Shown here piece after piece: positions 55,347 through 64,000 of a stretch of 64,000 nucleotides of DNA (position 1 is its first letter; the number at the start of each line of letters is the position of its first letter). The notes below the pieces were generated by a model that saw only the letters and a list, made by a program, of their open reading frames with translations, did no database searches and was not told the DNA's origin. The stretch is from an uncultured Pseudomonadota bacterium (lineage in GTDB: Bacteria > Chloroflexota > UBA5177 > JAJPKF01), in the NCBI GenBank assembly GCA_963836045.1, contig CAWIIC010000005.1:821646-885645 (forward strand). Reading direction: 5' to 3'. The translations under genes and the position numbers were made by a program.

Positions 55347-57203
55347 ATGACAACAATAGAAACCGCGCGGACGACAACCACTGCAACGGGGCCTGTCGAT
55401 CCGATCGTCCTACAGATAGTCGAGGGCACATTGGCGTCGATCGAGGCCGAGGTCGAGGCAGCTATCGAACGCACCGCGAGGTCGCCGATGATCCGCGACC
55501 AGCACGATTACCGGGCCGGCATCCATGATCGCTTCGCCCGGAAGCTCACCGGGCGTTCCTACAGCGCCATGGTCAATCCCATCATCCGGGACTTCCCCCT
55601 GGAGTCCATGCAGCCGGGCGATGTCTATTTCCACAACGACGTTTACCTGTCCGAGGGCGGTATCGGTCACCTCCCCGACCTCTGCTCAACCGTTCCGGTG
55701 TTTTTCGACGGAGAGGTGGTCGGCTTCGTCCAGGCCTTCGGTCATCACGACGACATAGGAGGCATGGTTCCCGGCAGCATGCCGGCCAAGGCGACGAGCA
55801 TCTTCCAGGAAGGGCTGATGATCCCACCGATCAAGCTCTACAGCGCCGGCGCTCGCAACGAGGCGGCCTACGCGATCATCTTTCGTAACACCAGGCTGCC
55901 CCACAGTCTCCAGGGTGACATCGATGGCGAGATTGCCGCCTGCCACATGGGTGCCGAGCGCCTTACCGAGCTCTTCTCTCGCTATGGACGGGAGGTGGTG
56001 GAGGCGTGCTTCGAAGCAATCCTAGAGCGCTGCGCCGATAACTTCCGCAACGAGATACTCCCGCGCATTCCAAACGGCGAGTATGCCTGGGAAGACTACA
56101 TCGAACACGACGGCGTCGATCCTCCGCGTCTCCACCCACTCAAGATGACCATGACCAAGACCGAGGATAAGGTCACCCTCGACCTACGGGGCAGTGCTCC
56201 GCAAACGAGGGGCCCGATCAATTGGCCGGGCAACTATTGCGAGGGGAGGTTCCTGAAGAAGTGGGTAGCAGTTGCCCTGCGTAACCTCGCCGCCACACCC
56301 GAGCGGATGGCCGAGCTGGACATCAACGAAGGTGTGTGTGACGTCATCGACGTGATCTTCCCCGACGAAGATACCATTGTTTCGCCTCGCTTTCCCGCTG
56401 CCACCAATGCACGGTCGTTCACCATATTGCGGTTGATTGGTGTGTTTATGGGAGTCCTCGCCCAGGCCGTCGGCGGCAAGGTGCCCGCCGATCAGGAAAC
56501 CATCCGCTACTGGGGTCTTCACGGTTTTGACGAGTCCGACGGCACGTTCTTCTTGCTCCGTGAGGTGCTGGGAGGCGGCTCCGGTGGCCGCTACTACGCC
56601 GACGGCAGCGACTGCATCCACATAGTCCCCGACTCCAAAAACCTGCCCGCCGAGTTCGCCGAAACCCGCTTCCCCATTGTCGTCGAGGCTCTGGCCCTAG
56701 CGCAGGATTCGGGAGGCCCCGGCTTCAGGCGAGGAGGCCTCGGCTATCAAAAGGACGTACGCGCCTTGCAGGACGTGGAGTTCATATCGACCGCCGATCG
56801 GTCGATCCTTAGCTGCTACGGGGTGAACGGAGGATCGGCGGGACTGCCCTATCAAGCAATCGTGAACCCCGGAACGCCCGCAGAAGTGCATCTTGGGGGT
56901 ATGGTCGACAACTACAAGCTCAAGGCCGGGGACGTCATCCGCTTGCGAACGACCGGCGGTGGCGGCTGGGGGGATCCCCTCGGCCGAGAAACCAATCGGG
57001 TTCTTCTCGACGTGGTCCAGGGTAAGGTCTCGCCGGAGTCCGCTCGCCGCGATTACGGCGTGGTCCTTTCCGAGACGGACGGCCGGAGCCCGGCAGTCGA
57101 TGAAGAGGCCAGCGTAGCCCTGAGAAATGAGATTAGATCTCGTCGAAAAGCTCTCGAGCTGATCGACCGGGGTCCCGGCTACGACTCTCTCCGTAGCAGC
57201 TGA
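55347..57203 (+). CDS. hydantoinase B/oxoprolinase family protein (HyuB-like)
   Basis: DPIVLQIVEGTLASIEAEVE...RSPMIRDQHDYRAGI and GGGGWGDPL near the C-terminus. Confidence 0.88.
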   Translation: MTTIETARTTTTATGPVDPIVLQIVEGTLASIEAEVEAAIERTARSPMIRDQHDYRAGIHDRFARKLTGRSYSAMVNPIIRDFPLESMQPGDVYFHNDVYLSEGGIGHLPDLCSTVPVFFDGEVVGFVQAFGHHDDIGGMVPGSMPAKATSIFQEGLMIPPIKLYSAGARNEAAYAIIFRNTRLPHSLQGDIDGEIAACHMGAERLTELFSRYGREVVEACFEAILERCADNFRNEILPRIPNGEYAWEDYIEHDGVDPPRLHPLKMTMTKTEDKVTLDLRGSAPQTRGPINWPGNYCEGRFLKKWVAVALRNLAATPERMAELDINEGVCDVIDVIFPDEDTIVSPRFPAATNARSFTILRLIGVFMGVLAQAVGGKVPADQETIRYWGLHGFDESDGTFFLLREVLGGGSGGRYYADGSDCIHIVPDSKNLPAEFAETRFPIVVEALALAQDSGGPGFRRGGLGYQKDVRALQDVEFISTADRSILSCYGVNGGSAGLPYQAIVNPGTPAEVHLGGMVDNYKLKAGDVIRLRTTGGGGWGDPLGRETNRVLLDVVQGKVSPESARRDYGVVLSETDGRSPAVDEEASVALRNEIRSRRKALELIDRGPGYDSLRSS

Positions 57204-57290
57204 CGCGTGAGCTGATCGTGCATGACCCAGCCGCCGGGATAGCCCGCCCAACGAATCCGACACTGTCGTCGAGCGCCTTTTGGAGGTGCC

Positions 57291-57659
57291 ATGGCCCCGC
57301 ACATTGGAAACGTCGTCATCGATTGCGCCAACCCCCAGAATTTAGCTCAATTCTGGCAAGAAGTTCTGAGTTACAACCGGCGAATCTCGGAGGCTGACTT
57401 CGTAGTCCTCGAGGATCCGTCAGGTAAAGGCATTACCCTCTTTCTCAATCAGGTGCCTGAACCGAAGATTGGCAAGAACCGCGTTCACGTGGACCTGACG
57501 GTCGAAGATCACGCGCAAGAGGTTCAGCGCTTGAAGGAACTAGGCGCATCACAGATTCAGACGTTTGAGTACGACAACGTGATCTGGAGCGTCATGGCCG
57601 ACCCCGAGGGCAATGAATTCTGCTGCGCCGAGCACAGAAAGCCGTCCACGGTAAGTTAG
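57291..57659 (+). CDS. VOC/glyoxalase-like domain protein (single domain)
   Basis: GNVVIDCANPQNLAQFWQEVL...RVHVDL...DPEGNEFC is typical of the Glyoxalase_6/VOC family. Confidence 0.7.
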   Translation: MAPHIGNVVIDCANPQNLAQFWQEVLSYNRRISEADFVVLEDPSGKGITLFLNQVPEPKIGKNRVHVDLTVEDHAQEVQRLKELGASQIQTFEYDNVIWSVMADPEGNEFCCAEHRKPSTVS

Positions 57660-57730
57660 CGCTCAGAAACCGCTTATGGCTTCCGACGATAGAAGGGACT
57701 AAAACCCCAGAGATCGGCTCCCGACGCCGG

Positions 57731-57793
57731 TACTGTCTACCGTTTACCGTCTACTGTTGACCGTCAACTGACAACTGTCTACCGACTACCTCT
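57731..57793 (+). repeat. nine-unit heptamer tandem array TACTGTC TACCGTT TACCGTC TACTGTT GACCGTC AACTGAC AACTGTC TACCGAC TACCTCT
   Basis: Direct reading of the sequence. Lies in the convergent gap between the VOC gene and the ABC-2 permease gene. Confidence 0.75.
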
Positions 57794-58605
57794 CAGGCGG
57801 TCACATCTCGCCTCTGCACCACAATCACCGTCAGCGCCACGAGAATCCCGATATAGATAGCCAGCCCGATGATGGACTCGGGCACGCTTGGCGTTCCCGC
57901 ATTTTGTCCGCCAAATGCCTTGATTGACTCCGTGGCGATCCGCTGCGGCAGCGAACCAGCATACGAGGACGGAAAGTGGTCGGCGATGACCTTCCACGGC
58001 CCCCGAAGCGCGGTGAAGATGCCGAACACGACTTCCTGCGCGATGGAAAAACCAATGCCAATCCCGATTCCGGCAGCCGGCGATTGAAAAATCGTTCCGG
58101 CCGCAAATGCCAGAACCAGGTAGAAGCAAGCGACATAGATCGTGGCCACGAAGGTCTTGAGCAGGACCAGGGTAAAGCTCGATCCCAACCCCGCCGTGAA
58201 CACTGCCGAGTGTCCGGTCAGACCAGCGACTACGGCGCCCTCGATCAACGAAAGTGCCATCGTAACCACCATAGTGATGATGACGAACACTACGAGGATG
58301 CCCAGGCTCGCGGCCAGGTATTGGATCCGGTTCGGACGCCGGCTTAACACCATGCGCAGCGTTCCCCAGCTATACTCATTCCCGGCCCACGCTCCCGAGA
58401 GAATCGGCCACAGAAAGGACGCCACGAAGCCGGCGGCTAGAAGTGCGGCAAGCATTCCACGCGGAAATATGAGATCGGTTCGGTTTGCGCCTGTCCCGAT
58501 CGCCCAGAAGAGTAGGGCTACGATGGCGAACAGGATGAGCGCAATGATCCGGGGCATCCACCGATGCTTCAGCTTGACCCACTCCGCGCCAATCAGGGCA
58601 CCCAC
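57793..58605 (-). CDS. ABC-2 type transporter permease
   Basis: Six-TM hydrophobic protein downstream of the ATPase gene. GTG 58605 overlaps the ATPase TAG stop (TAGTG). The ORF-track start at 58779 lies inside the ATPase gene. Confidence 0.75.
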   Translation of the reverse strand: MGALIGAEWVKLKHRWMPRIIALILFAIVALLFWAIGTGANRTDLIFPRGMLAALLAAGFVASFLWPILSGAWAGNEYSWGTLRMVLSRRPNRIQYLAASLGILVVFVIITMVVTMALSLIEGAVVAGLTGHSAVFTAGLGSSFTLVLLKTFVATIYVACFYLVLAFAAGTIFQSPAAGIGIGIGFSIAQEVVFGIFTALRGPWKVIADHFPSSYAGSLPQRIATESIKAFGGQNAGTPSVPESIIGLAIYIGILVALTVIVVQRRDVTA

Positions 58606-59579
58606 TATCTGCCCTCGCTCGTGACGCCGAGGAAGTACTGTTCGAGACTTTCCTCGCCCGGCCGTATTTCCGCCGCGAACAAGCCTTTCTCGGCCAGCGC
58701 TCGGTTGATTTCGGCGGACCGCTCGACTGGCGCGACGACCACCAGACGTCCGTCCTGTACCGTGACGTCCCCTACCCACTCCAGCGACTTCAGAATTCTT
58801 ACCGCCTCATCGGCCGGCTCCACTTGGACCTCGATCCGATGACCCGCGCCCAGCAGTCCGGCGACGCTCCCTTGAACCACTACCTTCCCATGATTGAGGA
58901 TTGCGATGCGATCGCACATCTGCTCGATCTCGTGAAGGACGTGACTTGAGATGAAGACGCTATGCCCGCTCTCCTTCAGATTGCGCATCAGGTTGCGCAT
59001 CTCCACGATCCCGGCTGGATCTAAGCCGTTGGCCGGCTCGTCGAGAATGAGTAGGTCGGGGTTGTTGAGCAGGCTGGCGCCCACCGCCAGCCGCTGTTTC
59101 ATCCCCAGGGAGTACTTCTTGAATTTTCGTTTGGCGTCGCCCGTCAGATCGACCAGATCCAGGACTTCCGCGATCCGGGACTCCGGGCTCGAGGTGAGCC
59201 GCGCCACGACCTGAAGGTTGGCATAGCCCGAGAGATAAGGATAGAAGGTGGGATTCTCGATGATGGAGCCAGTCCTGGCCAGTATTTTCGCTAGCTGCCG
59301 GCTGACGTCCATGCTGAGTATGTGTGCTGTCCCGGCCGTCGGCCGGACCAGACCCAGCAACATGCGCATGGTCGTTGTTTTCCCGGCGCCGTTTGGCCCG
59401 AGAAAGCCAAATATCTCGCCTCGTTTCACCTCGAGCGTCAGATGGTCGACCGCCGTGAAGTCCCCGTATTTCTTGGTCAAGCCCTCGGTTGAGATGGCGT
59501 GGCCCGAATCTTGCTCAGGCCCGACAGCAAGTCTGGAAGTAAGAGTGGTTGTGCCGCCGCCGGCGTTTGTTTGACTCAC
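58605..59579 (-). CDS. ABC transporter ATP-binding protein (ABC-2/DrrA-like exporter subunit)
   Basis: GPNGAGKTT, YSLGMKQRL, LLILDEPANGLD. Confidence 0.9.
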   Translation of the reverse strand: MSQTNAGGGTTTLTSRLAVGPEQDSGHAISTEGLTKKYGDFTAVDHLTLEVKRGEIFGFLGPNGAGKTTTMRMLLGLVRPTAGTAHILSMDVSRQLAKILARTGSIIENPTFYPYLSGYANLQVVARLTSSPESRIAEVLDLVDLTGDAKRKFKKYSLGMKQRLAVGASLLNNPDLLILDEPANGLDPAGIVEMRNLMRNLKESGHSVFISSHVLHEIEQMCDRIAILNHGKVVVQGSVAGLLGAGHRIEVQVEPADEAVRILKSLEWVGDVTVQDGRLVVVAPVERSAEINRALAEKGLFAAEIRPGEESLEQYFLGVTSEGR

Positions 59580-59661
59580 TAACCCCCCATCTGAGAACGT
59601 CTAGCGCCGCGAGCGTGTTCGGTGCGACGTCAGCCGTAATGATGCGCAGTGTTCAGCGTCC

Positions 59662-59703
59662 ACCGTGCACTGCTCAACCGTGAACCACGTACCGTTTACC
59701 GCG
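59662..59703 (+). repeat. six-unit heptamer array ACCGTGC ACTGCTC AACCGTG AACCACG TACCGTT TACCGCG
   Basis: Shares the exact 12-mer TACCGTTTACCG with the array at 57731, in the same orientation, on the other side of the ABC-2 operon. Confidence 0.6.
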
Positions 59704-59962
59704 CCGCGCCCACCGCTCGGCATCCCGAGTTCCATTCATCGTAACTGCCGGGTTGGTTTATGGCAAGGCGTCCGAGCCTTATTGTCTTGATCTCGAATAC
59801 AGGGAAGGGAAGAATGTATCCCACATCAATCCATTTGCTCTGGAATCTCTGCTTGCGGCGCCTAACACCGTCGTATGTCTCGCCTCCCGCGCGTCCCCGA
59901 ATGTCCCGGCGGCTCGCCAACTTGGCGAATGGGTACATTGAAGCACGAGATAGTCGCTAGCC

Positions 59963-61378
59963 ATGGCCATGGATCTAGTACAACAAGAATCCCAAGATAT
60001 GCGACAGACGGTCTCACCACGTATGGTGCAGGCTAGCTCGCTCCTGGCGATGTCTTCGCTCGCGCTTCAGCAGGCAATCAATGCCGAGGCCCAGGACAAT
60101 CCGGCCCTAGAAGTCGATGAGGTTCCCGTCTGTCCCCGCTGCGGTGACAAGCTCGAGGGTTCCATCTGCATCACCTGCGGAGAGGGTACCGCCGAGCGCG
60201 ACCCTACCGAGCAGTTTTTGCAGGATGAGGCGACCCGCGACGTTCCCCAAAATGAGGAGGAAGAGTTCGATCCGCTCACCGTGGTTGCCACGGAGTTGTC
60301 ACTCGCCGAACGCCTGACTCAGGATTTGGGGTCCATGCTCGACTCCTCCGATATGCCCGTGGCCGAGTATCTCGTCGGCGCCCTCGACGACACCGGATAC
60401 TTACGGGCGTCTGTGGATGAGGTAACTTGGAATCTTCAGGCCACGTACGAAGACGTCGAGCGCATCCTGGGAGTCCTCCAGTCGCTTGACCCTCCCGGGG
60501 TGGGTGCTCGCGACATTCGAGAGTGCATGTTGATTCAGATTCGTCGTCTCGAAGAGTCGGGCCATGAGGTACATCCCCTGGCCGCCACGCTCATCCGGGA
60601 CTACCTGGAAGAGATCGGAAAACATCGGTTCGCCGCTGTGGCGAAACAGTTGAAGCAGCCCGTCGAGGAAGTTGAGGAGGCGTGGGAGTTTATCAAGACT
60701 CAGTTGAGCCCCTACCCCGCCTATATGTTCGAGGAGCATCTAACCGTCGGCAGATCCTCGCGCACCGAGGCCGGTCAGGCTGTGATTCCAGATATCATTG
60801 TGACCGTCGATGCCTCCGGAGAGCTGAAAGCCGAGGTGATAGAGTCCAAGCGCTACCAGCTCCGTGTCAGTCGCCCGTACGAGCGTGTACTTCGCCAAGT
60901 ACGGGAAGGGGGAGCACTTTCCGAAGCGGAGCGCGAGCACGTGCGAGCATACGTGCAGCGGGCCCGGCAGTTTATCAACAGCATCCAGCAGCGTCGCCGA
61001 ACCATGCAGCTGCTGTCCGACTTCTTGCTGGACCGGCAGCGTGAGTTCCTGAAGGATGGCGTCAGGCACCTGAAGCCCCTGACCCGTGCTGAGACTGCAG
61101 CCGCTGTCGGCGTGCACGAGTCGACCGTCAGCCGGGCCGCGGCCGAGAAGTTCGTGTTGCTGCCGTCGGGAAGGGTGGTGCCCCTGTCCGATTTCTTCAA
61201 GGCGGCGCTTCCCGTCCAGGACGTGATGAAGGAGATCATTGAGGAAGAAGGTGGCCTCCACCTCACCGATCGCGAGATATCAGATCGACTGGCCGCTCGA
61301 GGCTACAAGGTGGCCCGGCGTACCGTGGCAAAGTACCGGTCCCAGATGAGAATCCTGCCCTCCGAGTTGAGGAGCTGA
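59963..61378 (+). CDS. rpoN: RNA polymerase sigma-54 factor
   Basis: Region I MRQTVSPRMVQASSLLAMSSLALQQAI, HTH VHESTVSRA, and RpoN box ARRTVAKYR. Confidence 0.95.
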   Translation: MAMDLVQQESQDMRQTVSPRMVQASSLLAMSSLALQQAINAEAQDNPALEVDEVPVCPRCGDKLEGSICITCGEGTAERDPTEQFLQDEATRDVPQNEEEEFDPLTVVATELSLAERLTQDLGSMLDSSDMPVAEYLVGALDDTGYLRASVDEVTWNLQATYEDVERILGVLQSLDPPGVGARDIRECMLIQIRRLEESGHEVHPLAATLIRDYLEEIGKHRFAAVAKQLKQPVEEVEEAWEFIKTQLSPYPAYMFEEHLTVGRSSRTEAGQAVIPDIIVTVDASGELKAEVIESKRYQLRVSRPYERVLRQVREGGALSEAEREHVRAYVQRARQFINSIQQRRRTMQLLSDFLLDRQREFLKDGVRHLKPLTRAETAAAVGVHESTVSRAAAEKFVLLPSGRVVPLSDFFKAALPVQDVMKEIIEEEGGLHLTDREISDRLAARGYKVARRTVAKYRSQMRILPSELRS

Positions 61379-61449
61379 GGAGGCCTAGAGGCAAGACACC
61401 GAGGGGTGGTTCGGTATATCCTTAAGCAGCATTACCCCGAGGTTGTCCC

Positions 61450-61719
61450 ATGGGCTATGTCATAGCCGCTTTACTCATCCTGATAGTTCTGTTCTTCATC
61501 ACCGTTGCCGTCGTTATGGTGGCAGCAGCCGCCGGGCTGGTGTTGATGGGCGTCGGAACCGCTTGGGTCGTTTGGCGCTTGCTGCCGGTGAGCCGGCGAG
61601 TGCGCTCTCACCTGTCCAAGACGCCGGTTGACCACCTGACCGACCGCTACGTTCAAGGCCACATCGACATAAGCGAGTTCGAGCAGCGCGTAGCCCGAGT
61701 TCTAGCCCACCGGCCGTAG
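61450..61719 (+). CDS. small membrane protein with a C-terminal DUF1707/SHOCT-like helix
   Basis: Two hydrophobic helices, then DRYVQGHIDISEFEQRVARVL. GAGG lies about 9 nt upstream. Confidence 0.5.
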   Translation: MGYVIAALLILIVLFFITVAVVMVAAAAGLVLMGVGTAWVVWRLLPVSRRVRSHLSKTPVDHLTDRYVQGHIDISEFEQRVARVLAHRP

Positions 61720-61967
61720 CCGCTCTACCCCGCTTGGGGCTCAGCATTACAGAGTCAGACAGGCAGCCCTGTCATGGAAAAGGCGAAGAGCGGGCGCAGT
61801 CGGGTTCTATCCGGTACGACCTTAAGCCACGATTCTCGGTAGCAGCCCGATAGCCTGTGGAGCAGGAATGACTATGGACAATCAAAACACTGAAGAGGTA
61901 CACTCGTAGTACTTTGACGTCTCCCGACGTCTCAGACCCCGGTCTCCGCTACGGCAGGAGGGTATCA

Positions 61968-63302
61968 ATGTCGACCACTCCTCGACTGTACTTTTCTCTT
62001 ACCATGCTGGCAGCCTCGCTAGTTATCGTCGTTCCTGTTCTGGCTTCGTCGGTGTCGGCAGCGTCCACCCCGGCGTTTACTCTGACGAAGCTCGACCCCT
62101 TTGGCGCCGGGGCGGGAGACGTCATTCCAGTGGCCATCAACGACAAAAGCCAGATCACCGGCTACGTCATGATCAACAGTTCAGTGGCCAAGGGTTTCTT
62201 CTATCAACCGGCGGCGCACGGACAGGCTGCGCATCCCCACGCCCTTCCAGTCCCCAAAGGAGACATTTCGGCCGACTTCAATTCGCTCAACAATCAAGGA
62301 GAGGCGGCAGGATACGTCTGCATTGATGTGGGCTGCCACCGCTACCTTCCGTACGGCGGAGTCATCAATGGCTCGAAAGCTACACTGACTCCCCTACCTT
62401 CGCCTCTCGGTGCCAAGGTATCCCGTGGCTCCGGCTTCCAGATCAATGCCTCCGGCGCCATCACTGGATATGCGGTCCTTAGTAACGGACAGGATGTTGG
62501 TCTTGAGTGGAAGAGCAGTGGTCCCGCGGCTCATCCTCGCTGGTCGACTCCGATCCGGCTCTCGATCCCCTTCTCATTTAAGTTTGCGAACGGTATCGCC
62601 ATCGACGCCCAGGGCGACGTGGCGGGAAATGGCTCCCGTGGAAAATTCGACCTGGGCACGATAGCCGGCACGTCAGGACCTGCCTCCGTGTTGCCCGGCT
62701 TCAATGGGACCAAGGTGCCGAACGTCACTCAAAGCTATCCACTTGCCGTGTACTCGGCGGGCCCGGCGGGGAAATCCGCGAATAGGATGCTCACAGTGGT
62801 AGGGTATTCGTACGAATCGGGCACCGTGCAAGATCAGCGCGACAATCCGTGCGTGTGGACCGTTACGGTGAAAGCTGGTCGGGTCATCAAGGTGTCCAAC
62901 CCGGTTCAGCTTGGCCAGGACTACAACGACCCGGCGGGCGGAAATGGTGCGGCAAGCTCCCTCAACAGCCACGGCTGGGTCGTTGGGGACGCCGGAGTCT
63001 ACGACTCGTTTACCCCAATGCTGTGGGTGCGAAGCTCCGCACTAGCATCGTCACCCTATGACTCGTTTCAGTTGCAGAATCTGGTACCGTTCGACTCTCC
63101 ATCCTTCGCCTTGGATGAGGCTGTGTCTGTCAACAATGAAGGTCAGATAGTCGGATTTGGCTCTCCCTCTGGTACAAAGCTGATCAACTCACCGGATGTT
63201 CGCACTAGCGCCATCGACCCACGGAGACTCCCTCTTCGCCGAGTACCAGCGGCCACCTGCGGCAGCTCCTGTGATGAGGGATTCCTCTTGACCCCGAAAT
63301 AA
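61968..63302 (+). CDS. secreted repeat protein (HAF-like extracellular repeats)
   Basis: Signal peptide MSTTPRLYFSLTMLAASLVIVVPVLASSVSA. The motif recurs as IND/NxxGxxxGY (INDKSQITGYV, LNNQGEAAGYV, INASGAITGYA, IDAQGDVAGNG, LNSHGWVVGDA, VNNEGQIVGFG). GGAGGG lies upstream of ATG 61968. Confidence 0.55.
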   Translation: MSTTPRLYFSLTMLAASLVIVVPVLASSVSAASTPAFTLTKLDPFGAGAGDVIPVAINDKSQITGYVMINSSVAKGFFYQPAAHGQAAHPHALPVPKGDISADFNSLNNQGEAAGYVCIDVGCHRYLPYGGVINGSKATLTPLPSPLGAKVSRGSGFQINASGAITGYAVLSNGQDVGLEWKSSGPAAHPRWSTPIRLSIPFSFKFANGIAIDAQGDVAGNGSRGKFDLGTIAGTSGPASVLPGFNGTKVPNVTQSYPLAVYSAGPAGKSANRMLTVVGYSYESGTVQDQRDNPCVWTVTVKAGRVIKVSNPVQLGQDYNDPAGGNGAASSLNSHGWVVGDAGVYDSFTPMLWVRSSALASSPYDSFQLQNLVPFDSPSFALDEAVSVNNEGQIVGFGSPSGTKLINSPDVRTSAIDPRRLPLRRVPAATCGSSCDEGFLLTPK

Positions 63303-63663
63303 GCGCCGGTCTTCCATGGTCCACCCGACGCTCAACACACCGACGCCCGTGATCGAATCCACGACCCGACGCTGCGTTACCCGCGCCACACCATCCTTGC
63401 CCTTGTCGTGCACTACCTGACGCTGACTCCCTGCCGATGTCTGCGATCTCGAGCCGCTCAACTTGGACTGCCTCTGTCCATCAACGCTGACTTTACGTCT
63501 CAGTCGGAAGAATTTCGCCATACGCCAAGCTCAAGCCGACGACCACTCTACGGCCGACCGCATCGCTATCTCACTCCAGCAGCTCGAGCAGGGTGCAAAT
63601 GACCACAGCCTCGCCTCATCAATGAATCAGTGGTATAACTATTCCCACGGAGGAATTACTGCG

Positions 63664-64000
63664 ATGAAGCATGCTACCCAACCGGCCATCTCACTTCTGG
63701 CAGCCTCAGTATTGCTGTTCGTATTCGCTCCGATATACCCTAGCCTTGCTGCGACCTCTTCTCAGCGGACTGGCGGCGACGTGTGCGGGGTTAAGGCTGA
63801 GGGAGCTGCCTTTCTCGACAGCCATAACGCCCAGTCATCGTTCGTCAAGGGCCACGGGCTCAAGCTGCTGATGTCGATTCAGGGCTTCCACCCCCTTCGA
63901 TCTGGACATCGCAGCATCGACCAGTTTGAGCTTCTTGGTTTGACCGATCCCTGGACAGGTCTGGCCTACATATACCGCCACGGAAACACCTATCATGCGT
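63664..64000 (+). CDS. partial CDS running off the right edge: secreted hypothetical protein
   Basis: GGAGG lies about 12 nt upstream of ATG 63664. Signal peptide MKHATQPAISLLAASVLLFVFAPIYPSLAA. The frame is open to the window end. It is absent from the ORF track because it is truncated. Confidence 0.5.
   Translation, partial: MKHATQPAISLLAASVLLFVFAPIYPSLAATSSQRTGGDVCGVKAEGAAFLDSHNAQSSFVKGHGLKLLMSIQGFHPLRSGHRSIDQFELLGLTDPWTGLAYIYRHGNTYHA

Noticed and set aside
59840-59857. Sigma-54 promoter-like sequence CTGGAATCTCTGCTTGCG about 100 nt upstream of rpoN.
   Set aside because: The GG-to-GC spacing is one nucleotide longer than the TGGCAC-N5-TTGC consensus, and the -24 element is poor (TGGAAT). 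It is a single weak match and may well be chance.
63189-63521. 110-aa minus-strand ORF overlapping the 3' end of the HAF-like gene and the following gap.
   Set aside because: It has no ribosome-binding site and a basic low-complexity N-terminus. It overlaps a well-supported gene on the other strand, and I recognise no domain.
1-64000. Search for rRNA, tRNA, tmRNA, RNase P, CRISPR repeats, IS elements, integrases and prophage genes.
   Set aside because: No cloverleaf-like or conserved RNA signatures were noticed in the intergenic gaps. The only regularly spaced direct repeats longer than 20 nt are the heptamer arrays, which are too short and have no spacers, so they are not CRISPR. No transposase or integrase-like ORFs were found.

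Overview
GC-rich (by eye, not computed), densely coding bacterial chromosomal window. I saw no rRNA, tRNA, CRISPR array, transposase or integrase. Phylum cannot be assigned from the sequence; the gene content (sigma-54, form-II CoxL-like enzyme, GT-C glycosyltransferases, long dcw cluster) gives only a weak Chloroflexota/Actinomycetota-like impression.

Layout:
(1) 0.3-13.2 kb: housekeeping genes plus a lipid-linked glycosylation module. These are two GT-C membrane glycosyltransferases, a GT2 polyprenyl-phosphate sugar synthase, biotin carboxylase-BCCP, comF, mtaB, lepB, a PadR pair, folB, thpR and mrp.
(2) 13.4-29.3 kb, minus strand: a long dcw cluster, mraZ-rsmH-ftsL-ftsI-murF-mraY-murD-ftsW-murG-murC-murB-ftsQ-ftsA-ftsZ. 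It has no murE or ddl. A textbook-looking promoter and three 10-bp-phased MraZ boxes sit upstream, and a rho-independent terminator follows ftsZ.
(3) 29.7-40.3 kb: ECF sigma/RskA-type anti-sigma, tatA, a TrmH-family methyltransferase, a serine-biosynthesis trio (class-V aminotransferase, serA, DUF1015), nadE and a VOC dioxygenase.
(4) 40.9-57.7 kb: the most interesting part. This is a co-directional island made of a DUF2877-FdrA-DUF1116 trio (homologues of E. coli AllH/AllF/AllG oxamate carbamoyltransferase), a NitT/TauT-type ABC importer with an NMT1-like binding protein, a CoxS/M/L-like molybdenum hydroxylase (PYRGAGR motif), hydantoinase/oxoprolinase A and B, and a VOC protein. A 645-nt ORF-free structured leader precedes it. 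I read it as an uncharacterised N-heterocycle/ureide catabolic pathway.
(5) 57.8-64 kb: an ABC-2 exporter, rpoN (sigma-54, with an unusual Cys4 insertion) and secreted repeat proteins.

Two cross-cutting observations:
(a) Four genes (comF, ftsA, murD, mraY) each need a +1 frame correction to restore the conserved protein. Sequencing or assembly indels are suspected.
(b) A family of degenerate heptanucleotide tandem arrays (TGACAAC / TACCGTC types) sits in at least six intergenic sites.
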